Shown in pieces: positions 50,486 to 60,641 of a stretch of DNA of 64,000 nt (positions within the stretch are counted from its first letter, which is position 1; each line of letters starts with the position of its first letter). The position numbers and the translations under genes are program-made. Source of the DNA: Promethearchaeia archaeon (GTDB lineage Archaea > Asgardarchaeota > Lokiarchaeia > Sigyniarchaeales > SOKP01); contig JAHQWK010000016.1 in NCBI GenBank assembly GCA_029856145.1, positions 64,001-128,000 of the forward strand. The letters are read 5' to 3'. The notes beneath the pieces were generated by a model that was given only the letters and a program-made list of their open reading frames with translations, was not told the origin of the DNA and searched no databases.

Positions 50486-51142
50486 TTGAGTATTTTGGTC
50501 AATTTCTTATTATTATTTGAAAAAATTATCAATTACTCTAAAAAGGATATTGATAAGGGAAAAACTCCTCTTAATGTTTATAAGATTTGCTCTTGTATTA
50601 GAGAAACATTTTGTCTATCTTATGCTATAAGAAAAGACAATGTTTTATATCTTTATTTTCAAAAAGAGCATGTTTTAATTAAATTTGAAGGGCAAACATT
50701 ACGATTTTTAGGCCCTGATGAGAGGTCTCAAGCAATATTAATAAAAAAGGCTTTAAATAAAATCTACGAAAAATTCGATAATGAGAATAATAAATGGGTA
50801 AAATCAACTCCAGGAATTTTTGGTAAAAGGTTTTCTAATAATCTCGAATTTATTGAATTTTTTACTTCAATATCCAATAGAAAAAATAATCTTATAATAG
50901 ACGCTTATCAAAGTTTAGGGGAAAAAATAAATTTAGTGAATTTAGATAAATTTTTCTGCCCAATCAATGAATTGGACTTCTTTATCATTCCAACTTATAA
51001 CAACCTAAATAATAATACGAATATAATAGAGATGTTCAAAGAATTAAAAACCATTAATATTATTTCTCTTTCAATGATAAAATCTATAGAAGATAAAATT
51101 TTATATATTAATTTTCGAAAAGATCAACAAAGCACTTTATAG
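50486..51142 (+). CDS. TrmY-like SPOUT protein, degenerate
   Basis: F.LSY.IRKD and LRFLGPDERS...PG match TrmY; follows srp54. Confidence 0.6.
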   Translation: MSILVNFLLLFEKIINYSKKDIDKGKTPLNVYKICSCIRETFCLSYAIRKDNVLYLYFQKEHVLIKFEGQTLRFLGPDERSQAILIKKALNKIYEKFDNENNKWVKSTPGIFGKRFSNNLEFIEFFTSISNRKNNLIIDAYQSLGEKINLVNLDKFFCPINELDFFIIPTYNNLNNNTNIIEMFKELKTINIISLSMIKSIEDKILYINFRKDQQSTL

Positions 51143-51146
51143 AAAT

Positions 51147-52550
51147 TTGGACATTATGATTTTAAAAAACGCTAAAATTTATTCTGAAGGATTAATACGT
51201 AAAGGAATTCTACTTATTAACAACGGTGTTATAGCTGAAATTAAATTCAAACAAAAAGATAAAGATTTAGAAACGGTTGTGAAAAAAAATCAAGATGGAA
51301 AAGAAATCGACTGTGAAAATAAATTAATTTTACCTGGAATAATAGATATTCATTCTCATTTGCGAGATATGGGTCAAAGCGAAAAGGAAACATTTTTAAC
51401 GGGAACTAAGGCAGCTGCTTTTTCAGGAATTACAACAGTTTTCAATATGCCTAATACAATACCTCCAGCGATTACATCAGATCAAATTAAATTATGGATG
51501 GAAAAAGCCGAGAGTAATATTTATGTGGATGTTGGATTCATTGCAGGAGTTCCTAAAGAAATTAATGAAGATGAGGTTAAACTTATTATTGATTTAGGAA
51601 TTATTGGATTTAAAATTTACTCTCTTGATTCTATTAATGATATTGATTGGAAAGATCCAAAAAATCTTCACAATCTTTTTGATATTTCATCTAAATTCCA
51701 AATTCCTATTTTTATACATGCATCTTATCCATTATCTGAAGAACAAAAAGAACAAAACAAACAAGAATTTAATTTAAAGCAGGGAAGTATTTTAGAATAT
51801 CACAATAGGTTTGATCCAGTTATAACAGAAGAGAAGTATGTTAAATTTGTTATCGAAAATTACAAAGAATATATTGATGTCAATCATTTAAATCCCAGAT
51901 TTTATCCAAAAATCCATTTTTGTCATGTGAGTTGTATTGAAAGTTATTTAGCAATTAAAAGAACACAGACTTCAAATAAAAATCTAAAAATAAGTTTTGA
52001 AGTTACTCCGCATCATCTACTTTTATCGAATAAAATCAAATTAAATAATGAGAATTTTGGTAAAGTCTTACCTCCTTTAAGAAAAGAAGAACATCATAAA
52101 TTTCTTTTCAATGAGTTAAGGAAAGGCAATATCAAGTTAATAGGAACTGATCATGCGCCACATACATTAGAAGAAAAAGCTCAAAAATATTTCGATGCTC
52201 CTTCTGGATTCCCGGGTTTTGAAACCTATCCATTATTGATGCTCAATAGAGTATTTAATTTCCAACTTTCTTTAGAAAGATTCGTTGAAGTAGCCTCAGA
52301 AAATCCTGCAAAAATTTTCAATCTAAGGAATAAAGGTTTTATTAAAGAAGGATTTGATGCGGATTTAGTTATTGTTGATAAAGTGTCTGATTATATGATT
52401 GATCCTCAGAATTTTAAAACTAAAGCAAAATTTTCTCCTTATGAAAAATTTAGAACAAATGTTCAAATCTGGAAAGTATTTCTAAGAGGAATTGAAATTA
52501 ATATTGAAGATTCTATACCAACTGGAAAAATTATCAAAAAGGAGTTATAA
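51147..52550 (+). CDS. pyrC: Dihydroorotase
   Basis: DIHSHLRD, MPNT.P, EVTPHHL, PPLR, GTDHAPH, NPAK. Confidence 0.88.
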   Translation: MDIMILKNAKIYSEGLIRKGILLINNGVIAEIKFKQKDKDLETVVKKNQDGKEIDCENKLILPGIIDIHSHLRDMGQSEKETFLTGTKAAAFSGITTVFNMPNTIPPAITSDQIKLWMEKAESNIYVDVGFIAGVPKEINEDEVKLIIDLGIIGFKIYSLDSINDIDWKDPKNLHNLFDISSKFQIPIFIHASYPLSEEQKEQNKQEFNLKQGSILEYHNRFDPVITEEKYVKFVIENYKEYIDVNHLNPRFYPKIHFCHVSCIESYLAIKRTQTSNKNLKISFEVTPHHLLLSNKIKLNNENFGKVLPPLRKEEHHKFLFNELRKGNIKLIGTDHAPHTLEEKAQKYFDAPSGFPGFETYPLLMLNRVFNFQLSLERFVEVASENPAKIFNLRNKGFIKEGFDADLVIVDKVSDYMIDPQNFKTKAKFSPYEKFRTNVQIWKVFLRGIEINIEDSIPTGKIIKKEL

Positions 52551-52609
52551 AGTATATATGTCTAAACGTTATAATAATACATAAAATAGTTGATTATTGG
52601 GACATTAAA

Positions 52610-53242
52610 ATGCCTAGTGAAGAAGAATTTAGCTTAGAAGAGGGTATAACCTTATTAAATTTCACTCGAGAAAATATCGAATTCTATTTAAAAAATAATA
52701 GACGTATCCTCATTCCGGATAAAATAAAAGAAAAATTTTCGAATAAATATGGGGCTTTTGTTACATTAAACAGATATAACGTTTCAGGCAACCCATTAAG
52801 AGGTTGTATTGGTTATATAGAACCTACTTATTCTTTATATGACGTGATTCATAAGGTTTCAATTAGTTCTGCTACAGAAGATCCACGATTTCCTTCAGTA
52901 TCGCTTGATGAAATGGATAATATAGTAATTGAACTTTCAATTTTAACTCCTCCTAAATTGCTTGAAGTGGATGATCCAAAGGAATATATTGGTAAAATAG
53001 TAATTGGAAGAGATGGGCTTATAGCTGAAAAGGGAATGAGAAGAGGCCTACTTCTTCCTCAAGTTCCTGTAGATCATGGAAGAAATTGGGATGTCGAGAC
53101 TTTTCTTTCTCAAACTTGTTCAAAAGCTTGGCTAGATAGCAATGCATGGAAAGAAAAAAGTACGAAAATATATTCTTTTCAAGCTATTCTTTTCGAGGAA
53201 AAAGAACCACGCGGTGAAGTAGTAAGAAAGTATCTCAACTAA
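52610..53242 (+). CDS. AMMECR1-domain protein
   Basis: GAFVTL, LRGCIG, DPRF, GLLLPQV. Confidence 0.93.
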   Translation: MPSEEEFSLEEGITLLNFTRENIEFYLKNNRRILIPDKIKEKFSNKYGAFVTLNRYNVSGNPLRGCIGYIEPTYSLYDVIHKVSISSATEDPRFPSVSLDEMDNIVIELSILTPPKLLEVDDPKEYIGKIVIGRDGLIAEKGMRRGLLLPQVPVDHGRNWDVETFLSQTCSKAWLDSNAWKEKSTKIYSFQAILFEEKEPRGEVVRKYLN

Positions 53243-53341
53243 ATAAATAATGCCCTTCTTATAAAATAGAAAACTTTTAGAATATTTTGTATAAGTAAAA
53301 GATAATCTATTAAAAAAAAAAAACCCAAGATTTAAAGATAA

Positions 53342-54082
53342 TTAATGAAGATGTTGATGGATTTGTCTATTATTTAATGATTTTAATGCAATTTTGGTTG
53401 ATTCCTCTGCTTGTTGCTTTGTAACCATTCCAATTGTCACAGCACAAATATTATGATTGGCAATATATTGAAACGCTATATCCGGTTTAATTTCTCCTGC
53501 TGCTAGAGTTTTCATTCCTACATAATAAAAATCATTTGTATTATCAACAATTTCTTCTAATTCTTTCGCGTTTCCCATTAAAAATCCATTTGCATTAAAG
53601 GGTATTAAAAATACTCTTACATTTAAAGAATTTTGAATACAATATTTAATTGTTGGAATTGGATCATGAGTTGCGATTCCTGAAATTATTCCATAACCCG
53701 ATATTTCATCTAAGAGTCTCAACAAATCTGTTCCTTTATTATCAGAAATCATACCATGAACGAATATTATTTTTGCTCCCTTTTCGATTAAGATTTCAAT
53801 TTTAGGATCTACACCTGGATAGGTAGATCCCGTTATCACATAATCACTATAAATTTCACTCATTATTTGGGCCGCTTCCATAATTTTTCCACTAGGTATT
53901 ACCTCAATCCCACGAGCACCTTTCGCATAGCTAGTTTCTAAAATCTCCAACATTGCCTTTGGGTTATTTAAAAATTTTCTACGCCATTCAAATGTGTTAT
54001 ACCCAAATTGTCCGGCTCCAATAAAGGGAGACGTTCCCACAGAAACTAGTGGGATATCAATATCATCAATTTTACAAAAAAT
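53342..54082 (-). CDS. Hypothetical TIM-barrel protein, aldo/keto-reductase-like; probable ATT start at 54082
   Basis: GTSPF, GIATH, PFN..G, GMKTLAAG, TIGM; frame open upstream of GTG 54040. Confidence 0.55.
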   Translation of the reverse strand: MFCKIDDIDIPLVSVGTSPFIGAGQFGYNTFEWRRKFLNNPKAMLEILETSYAKGARGIEVIPSGKIMEAAQIMSEIYSDYVITGSTYPGVDPKIEILIEKGAKIIFVHGMISDNKGTDLLRLLDEISGYGIISGIATHDPIPTIKYCIQNSLNVRVFLIPFNANGFLMGNAKELEEIVDNTNDFYYVGMKTLAAGEIKPDIAFQYIANHNICAVTIGMVTKQQAEESTKIALKSLNNRQIHQHLH

Positions 54083-54253
54083 TTTGACCCCTTCTTTAAA
54101 TATTAGTTAATTTAATTTAAATTTGATAAGTGATTATTATAAAGCGAATTATAAAATTTTTAGTCAAGAATCATATAAATACATAAACAATATTATTCAT
54201 AAAATATAATAGAAAATCAATTTAGATTCTTATTTTTTGAAGAGGAGATAAGA

Positions 54254-56332
54254 ATACCACAAATTAATGGCGTTATTTGTAATACTTTAACCTTCTATAA
54301 TCAAGATTTTGAAATCATCACAAGCCTTAATTCACTTCTTATACGCCATATTCTTACAAATGAAGCAAATTGTCTTCTTCTTTTTGGTAGGATGGGTGAA
54401 GGAAATCTATTTTCTGCGACAGAAAAAATAAAACTAATAGAATTAGTATTAGAAATTACAGAGAAGAAAATTCCTATTCTTATGGGTTTTTATAGTGATA
54501 AGGTCGATGATTTAATACAACAGATTGAAAATTTGGGTAAAAAATTTGAATCTCTAAGTTTTATGATTACTCCTCCAATATCTGGAAAAACCTCTCAAGA
54601 TGAAATAAAAGCTTATTTCGAAAATATTTTGGGTTCTATTACTTCTAAAAATCAGATCTATTTGATTAATAATCCACTACTATTCAGTGGAAATGAACTT
54701 GAACCAAGTTTACTAAAAAATATGATGGAATTCCCTAATTTGAAAGGAATAATTGATTCTTTTTATAATATTAAAAACTCTAAAGCCTATATTCAAAATT
54801 TGAATAGCGAGTTCTCTGTTATTTGTGGGATGGAGGAAAAATTTCAAACATTTCTGCAACTTATTCCATTAAACATGAGAAAATACTGTGGAATTCTCTC
54901 TAGTCTTAGTAATTTAGTTAATATGTACTCAAAGTTATATAGTTATGCTATAGAAGATAACCTTTTAGAAATTCTACAATTACAAGAACAGATAAACGAT
55001 ATTGGAAATAAAATATATGAAGTTAGAACTAATGAAGTTAAAAAGAAAATTGGGTTGGAATATGCGTTCCTACACCTATATAAAGACTCAATATCAAGAA
55101 CTAATGCTGATATAAATCATTTTTATGAAGAATTGGAAACTCAAATTGATCCAATAAGTAAAGGAAGAATCGAGGCTACTATGAATTCTTTACTAAATAG
55201 TAAACAGATTTATCAACTCTATTTTCTCGGTAAAAAAGATCTTTACCAATTTGATGAAATCATTAATACTTTTTCAAATATCGATGTTTTAGTTGAACAA
55301 GGTAAAGTAAAAAAAATTAAAGGTCCTTACATTGCTGATTCCAATACTCTGTATAGAGTGAATTTTGAAAATAGTCAATTAGTCTTCAGATTTCGTACAA
55401 GTCAATTTTTCAAAAGTGAAAATTTAATCAAAGAAAAACTTTTATATCCATTTTTAGATAAAACTTTAAGTTCTAATGATATTGATTTGAGGCAGAAAGT
55501 AAAAGAAATCATTAGTACTAAAACAGGGTCATATCTCTTCAATAAGGAAAAACTTCCGATCATTCCTGTATGTGATTTAATTTACTATGATGAGACTAAG
55601 GAAATAGTTCCTTATGCTTTCTCAGTAAATGAATATATTCGAGGGAAGCCTTTATTTCAACTTATTAATCAATATATCAGTGAAGGAAAAAATTTGTATG
55701 CAAAGAAATTTTTAGATTTATTCAGTAATTTAGGTGAACATTTAGGATGTTTACACATGATAAAATTTGATTCATTTTATAAGAATATTAGCAATATTGG
55801 TAAAACACCTAAAAATTCTTATTCAGATTATTTTGAAAGTGAATTTGAGCAAAGACTCCAAGAAGCGAAAAAAAATAAAATAGATTTCTGCGATGAAATT
55901 AGGGCTTTCTATCGAGATAATAATTCATTAATCGAAGAAGAAAATGATTACGTTCTTTTACATAATGATTTTAAAAGTCAAAATATTATCGTTAAAGAGG
56001 AGTTAGGTGTCATAAAAATTAACGGTATTGTGGATTTTGATAATTGGTGTGTTGGTAGCCGAGCTCAAGACTTCATTAAAATTGATTATTTGATTTTAAA
56101 ACCTTTAAATAATCCCTCATTTTATAGCTCTTTTTATAATTCATATTCGAAATTTTACACAATAGATAAAGATTTTAAGAAAAAAATTGAATTGTATAAG
56201 TTACTCTGGCTTTTAAATGAATATAATTTTGAATCAAAATTAATAAGAAAGTCAGATCAGATGGATCTTATTAGTACACCGTCGTTATTATTAGAAAATT
56301 ATTTATTTGAAATAAAAGCAATAATTCGATAA
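54254..56332 (+). CDS. Fusion of inactive DHDPS-like barrel and APH/choline-kinase-like phosphotransferase; probable ATA start at 54254
   Basis: GVICNTLTFY..GRMGE..PP..YF..NNP..GIIDS (DapA-like) plus LLHNDFKSQNI and GIVDFD. Confidence 0.8.
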   Translation: MPQINGVICNTLTFYNQDFEIITSLNSLLIRHILTNEANCLLLFGRMGEGNLFSATEKIKLIELVLEITEKKIPILMGFYSDKVDDLIQQIENLGKKFESLSFMITPPISGKTSQDEIKAYFENILGSITSKNQIYLINNPLLFSGNELEPSLLKNMMEFPNLKGIIDSFYNIKNSKAYIQNLNSEFSVICGMEEKFQTFLQLIPLNMRKYCGILSSLSNLVNMYSKLYSYAIEDNLLEILQLQEQINDIGNKIYEVRTNEVKKKIGLEYAFLHLYKDSISRTNADINHFYEELETQIDPISKGRIEATMNSLLNSKQIYQLYFLGKKDLYQFDEIINTFSNIDVLVEQGKVKKIKGPYIADSNTLYRVNFENSQLVFRFRTSQFFKSENLIKEKLLYPFLDKTLSSNDIDLRQKVKEIISTKTGSYLFNKEKLPIIPVCDLIYYDETKEIVPYAFSVNEYIRGKPLFQLINQYISEGKNLYAKKFLDLFSNLGEHLGCLHMIKFDSFYKNISNIGKTPKNSYSDYFESEFEQRLQEAKKNKIDFCDEIRAFYRDNNSLIEEENDYVLLHNDFKSQNIIVKEELGVIKINGIVDFDNWCVGSRAQDFIKIDYLILKPLNNPSFYSSFYNSYSKFYTIDKDFKKKIELYKLLWLLNEYNFESKLIRKSDQMDLISTPSLLLENYLFEIKAIIR

Positions 56333-56447
56333 CTTAATTCTTAACAAAAGACTAATTAGAAATTTTGAATTTCACTAAATGAATCTATTATTTAGAAAAT
56401 GATATTTATTATCTCAATTTTGCTTCTTAAAAAGAATAAAGTTAAAC

Positions 56448-57365
56448 ATGCCTAGATTTAAAAAAGAATTAGAATTAGCAATCGAATTAGTCCGTAAAGC
56501 AACACAGATTGCAGAATGGTTTAGTAAAAAAGGATTCGAATCCTTTTTAAAGTTAGATCAATCGCCAGTTACATTAGCAGATTTTGCATCTCAAATATAT
56601 ATAGTATCCCAGTTAAAGGAATACTTCCCGGATGATGAAATAATAGCAGAAGAAGAAAATATTGATTTAATAAATATTAAAGCAGAAGATCTGATAAAAC
56701 AATGCTTCAATGAATTAAATTTAAAAAAATTAAAAAACGTAAAAGAAAATATTAGATTTCGAGGTAAATCTTCTGAGCGTCAATGGACAGTAGATCCCAT
56801 TGATGGTACGATTGGATACCAAAAGGGACTGTCTTATGCGGTAGGTATTGGATTTATGATAAAATCAAACCCTAAAGTATGTGCTATTGCAGTGCCAAAC
56901 TATAATGAAAAACTATTAGCTATTTTCACTGCGGAGGAAGGTCAAGGATCTCAAGTTTCCTATAATAATAAGAATTTTAATCCAATTAGAGTCAGTCAAA
57001 ATGAAAATTTACATATGATTCGTTTATGCCATTCTTTACATTATGATCAACCTTGGGTTCTTAATTTTGCAAAAAAAATTGGTATAAGGAAATTTATTCA
57101 AATTGACAGCATGGCAAAATTTTGCAAGGTAGCTGAAGGAACTGCTGACCTTTATATTAAACCTTTAGATGCGGTACATTCATTTACATGGGATTTTATG
57201 CCAGGAGATTTGATTGTAAAGGAAGCAGGAGGAAATGTCACAGACATTAATGGTGAACACTTAAAGTTTAAAAAAGAAAAATGTTTATGGACTGCACCTG
57301 GTATTGTTGCTTCAAATGGTATCCTTCATAAAAAAATTTTAGAATTATATCAAAGTAATCACTAA
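56448..57365 (+). CDS. Inositol monophosphatase family, 3'(2'),5'-bisphosphate nucleotidase (HAL2-like)
   Basis: SPVTLADFASQ, IAEE, VDPIDGT, IDSMAK, WD..PG..IVKEAGG. Confidence 0.88.
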   Translation: MPRFKKELELAIELVRKATQIAEWFSKKGFESFLKLDQSPVTLADFASQIYIVSQLKEYFPDDEIIAEEENIDLINIKAEDLIKQCFNELNLKKLKNVKENIRFRGKSSERQWTVDPIDGTIGYQKGLSYAVGIGFMIKSNPKVCAIAVPNYNEKLLAIFTAEEGQGSQVSYNNKNFNPIRVSQNENLHMIRLCHSLHYDQPWVLNFAKKIGIRKFIQIDSMAKFCKVAEGTADLYIKPLDAVHSFTWDFMPGDLIVKEAGGNVTDINGEHLKFKKEKCLWTAPGIVASNGILHKKILELYQSNH

Positions 57366-57379
57366 AATAATAATTTAAA

Positions 57380-58468
57380 TCAAATGAGCGCATAATTTAA
57401 CAAATTTGTTTGTCGAGCTTTTTGATTTCTTTCTAAACTTGACAATTTAACTCCTACAAGCCTAACCTTTTTTTTATTATTTGAAAATTCTCTAAATAAA
57501 TGCAAAATAATACTTAATACATATTTTTCATCTTGAATATGAAAAGGAAGAGTTTTTGAACGAGTATAAGTCTGAAAACCTTCAAATCTTATCTTTAAAG
57601 TGACGGTTTTGTAAGTGATCTGGTGCTTTATTATTGATTTATGTATTTTTTTATTAATTTCTTCAAATTTTGATAATAATTCATTAAAATTATCAGTATC
57701 CGTATAAAAGGTTCTTTCTGCGCTGATAGATTTTCTTTCTTCATGAAATTCTTTTACTTTACGATTATCTAAGCCATTTGCGACATTCCAGATCCATCTC
57801 CCATGCTTTCCAAATAACTCTATCATTTTATGTAAAGGTGTATTTATGATATCTCCAATTTTTTTTATTCCGTTTTTATAGAAATATACTTTAGTTTTCT
57901 TACCGATGCCCGGAATGCGAGTAATATCCATATCTTTTAAAAAATTAGAAGTATTCTCAGGTTTTACAACAGTGACACCATTAGGTTTATTTTCATCAGA
58001 AGCAATTTTAGCTAAGGATTTTGTAGGTGCGATACCTATTGAGATTGTAATACCAACCTTTTCTAAGACTTCTTTCTGAATATCTTTGGCAATTCTTTCA
58101 GCTTCCTCATAATTTTTAGCTTTTTCTGTTAATTCTAAATATGCTTCATCTGCTCCTACTCTCTGGAATTCATTACTATAATTCTCAAGAATCTCCATTA
58201 CTTCTTTAGACACTTTTAAATATTTTTTACCATTTGGTTTTAGATAAATCCCATGAGGACATCTTCTATAAGCTTGAGATATAGGCATAGCTGAATGCAG
58301 TCCATATTTCCTAGCCTCATAATTACAAGTTGCTATTACCCCTCTTCCTTTACCTTCTTTTGGATCTGCTCCTATTATAACTGGTTTATCTTTATATTGT
58401 GGGTTATCCCTTATTTCTACAGCCGCAAAAAAACAATCAAGATCACAATGTACAATAAGACGATTCAT
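57380..58468 (-). CDS. dinB: Y-family DNA polymerase IV
   Basis: HCDLDCFFAAVE, CNYEARKYG, ADEAY, AKIASDENKPNG, PIP-like QTNLLNY. Confidence 0.96.
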   Translation of the reverse strand: MNRLIVHCDLDCFFAAVEIRDNPQYKDKPVIIGADPKEGKGRGVIATCNYEARKYGLHSAMPISQAYRRCPHGIYLKPNGKKYLKVSKEVMEILENYSNEFQRVGADEAYLELTEKAKNYEEAERIAKDIQKEVLEKVGITISIGIAPTKSLAKIASDENKPNGVTVVKPENTSNFLKDMDITRIPGIGKKTKVYFYKNGIKKIGDIINTPLHKMIELFGKHGRWIWNVANGLDNRKVKEFHEERKSISAERTFYTDTDNFNELLSKFEEINKKIHKSIIKHQITYKTVTLKIRFEGFQTYTRSKTLPFHIQDEKYVLSIILHLFREFSNNKKKVRLVGVKLSSLERNQKARQTNLLNYALI

Positions 58469-58650
58469 TTTTTAACTAAGGAGAGTCAATTGATTTTAAA
58501 TTGTATTTAACAAATGTGATATTTAAGTTTACTATTTAAAAAAATAGACTTTTAAGAATTAATGTAAATAGTAAATATCTATAATTTAAAGGAAAATCAA
58601 GGAATATAATTTTCAAAATATATATTAATTGAATTTTAATTATTAAATTT

Positions 58651-59331
58651 ATGGCATTAAATAAAGAAGATCAAGTTCGGATTGAAGTTGTAAGGGGAGC
58701 AAAAGCAATTTTCTCAAAGGGGTTAGTGGAAGCTGGAGAAGGTAATGTTAGCGTGAGAAATGGTAAGAAAGAGGAATTTTTTATCACGCCTTCATTCAAT
58801 CAATATGATACCCTTAAAAAAGACGAAATTGTTCATATAAATTTTGATGGAACTCCTTTAAGTGCTGGAAAATTACCTTCAACCGAAGCAAAAATGCATA
58901 TTGCTATTTATAAATCAAGACCAAAAGTGCAAGCAATAATTCACACACACTCGCCTTTTGCAACAATGCTATCAATCGTAGGGAAAGGCATTCCAATTAT
59001 AATGGAAGAGATGCATGCATTTTTGGGCGGATCAGTTGATGTATCCGAATTTGGAAAAGCGCAAACTGGAGAAATTGGAGAAGTAGCTCTTAAGGCTTTA
59101 GGTATAAAGAATGCTGCTTTATTAGCTAATCATGGTGTTATAGTTTGTGGAAAATCATTAGATCATGCTGTTAAATTCGCTGAACTAGTAGAAAAACTTG
59201 CAAAAATGTATTGGGGTGCTTTACAAATTGGAAAACCAAATATAATATCTGAAGAACATCTTGAGCGATTTCAAAAAATTTTTAATAGCCTCTTTGCAAA
59301 CTACCCTCGAAGTATGCGGACAAAGAAATGA
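58651..59331 (+). CDS. Class II aldolase (FucA-like)
   Basis: GNVS, ITPS, PSTE..MH, HTHS, LANHG. Confidence 0.9.
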   Translation: MALNKEDQVRIEVVRGAKAIFSKGLVEAGEGNVSVRNGKKEEFFITPSFNQYDTLKKDEIVHINFDGTPLSAGKLPSTEAKMHIAIYKSRPKVQAIIHTHSPFATMLSIVGKGIPIIMEEMHAFLGGSVDVSEFGKAQTGEIGEVALKALGIKNAALLANHGVIVCGKSLDHAVKFAELVEKLAKMYWGALQIGKPNIISEEHLERFQKIFNSLFANYPRSMRTKK

Positions 59332-59349
59332 ACAATTAATAATGATGAT

Positions 59350-60189
59350 GTGAAATTTATGGAATTGGGTATTAGTAGCTTGGGACATATTATTGATATT
59401 GCTCGTATTAGCAAATTTAAAAACCTAATAGAGTTACAACTTAACGCAACAGAGCAATGTCTCAATTTCGCCGAAAAAAATAGAATTGAAATTGTAGAAT
59501 TAGTGATCGATCCACCTCAAGCATTTAATAATGAATACAAACAAAAATTCATTAATCTAGTAAATTCTTATTCAATAAAAAAACAAGTTCATGGTCCCTA
59601 TATTGATTTAAACCTTTGTTCTCATAATACACGCATATCTAAGGCATCAATAGAATCATACATTGATGCAATCAAAATTTGCTATCAAATTGATGCTAAA
59701 ATTATGACAATCCATCCAGGATTAGCTAACTTTATGTTAAGTTCAATTAGAGAATTGAATAAAGAACAATTAAAAATGGCTATTCATAAATTGTTGGATT
59801 TTACGAATAACCAGAAATTATTAATTTGTTTAGAAAATATGCCTCAAAATGCCTATATTATGACTGATAATTTAAATATTGATGAAGTATATAGCACTAT
59901 TGGTCGAGAAGATCTCTTTTTAACTTTTGATACCAGTCATTTTTATACATGTGATGGAAATGTGAAAAATTTATGGGTAAAATTTCATCATATTATAAAA
60001 AATGTTCATATAGTGGATAATTTCTGTAAAATTTCTGATACACATCCTCCTATTGGCTCAGGAAAGATAGATTTTAAAGAAATTTTTGAGGTACTTAAAA
60101 GTTATAGTTATAAAGGACCAATAATTATTGAATTATCTTCTACGAATTCATTAAATCAAAGTATTAATTTTATAAAGAAATTCTTATAA
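59350..60189 (+). CDS. Sugar phosphate isomerase/epimerase (AP endonuclease 2 TIM barrel)
   Basis: VHGP..DLN, IHPG, LENMP, FDTSH, HIVDN..DTH, IIE. Confidence 0.85.
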   Translation: MKFMELGISSLGHIIDIARISKFKNLIELQLNATEQCLNFAEKNRIEIVELVIDPPQAFNNEYKQKFINLVNSYSIKKQVHGPYIDLNLCSHNTRISKASIESYIDAIKICYQIDAKIMTIHPGLANFMLSSIRELNKEQLKMAIHKLLDFTNNQKLLICLENMPQNAYIMTDNLNIDEVYSTIGREDLFLTFDTSHFYTCDGNVKNLWVKFHHIIKNVHIVDNFCKISDTHPPIGSGKIDFKEIFEVLKSYSYKGPIIIELSSTNSLNQSINFIKKFL

Positions 60190-60233
60190 TATATTCTTAA
60201 TATTTAATAGAAATCATAGTTTGATGAGTAAAA

Positions 60234-60632
60234 ATGCCCCCAATAATTTCTCTCCAAGTTAGTAACGATCTATTAGAAAGATTCGAAAAAGTTAGAAAAC
60301 TGAGTGGTTTTACGTCTAAAAGTGAAGCTTTAAGGGATTCAATATTTAGTTTTATCGAAAAAAATGAAAAGTATGAAAATTTGGAAAATGACATTTTGAT
60401 AATGACAGTGAGTTTAGTGTATCCCTTCAAAGAGTTAATAATTGATCAAATAACTGAATTATATTCACGATTCCATCAAATTATAAAAACTATAACAGAT
60501 TGGCGTATAGCAGAAAAAAAAATTGAATTACTCCTATTAATAGGAGAATTTTATACTATTAAAGATCTTTATAAAGAATTAGCTAAGATAAAAGATGTAA
60601 TTTGTTCAATCCGTGAAATAATTATTGATTAA
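60234..60632 (+). CDS. CopG/NikR-like RHH regulator with ACT-like domain
   Basis: IISLQVSNDLLERFE..GFTSKSEALRDSI; NikR-like length. Confidence 0.8.
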   Translation: MPPIISLQVSNDLLERFEKVRKLSGFTSKSEALRDSIFSFIEKNEKYENLENDILIMTVSLVYPFKELIIDQITELYSRFHQIIKTITDWRIAEKKIELLLLIGEFYTIKDLYKELAKIKDVICSIREIIID

Positions 60633-60641
60633 AAGATAAGA

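Noticed and set aside
738-59331. TGA stops as possible selenocysteine codons
   Set aside because: Where the family is recognisable, each TGA ends a complete protein; no convincing read-through or SECIS seen
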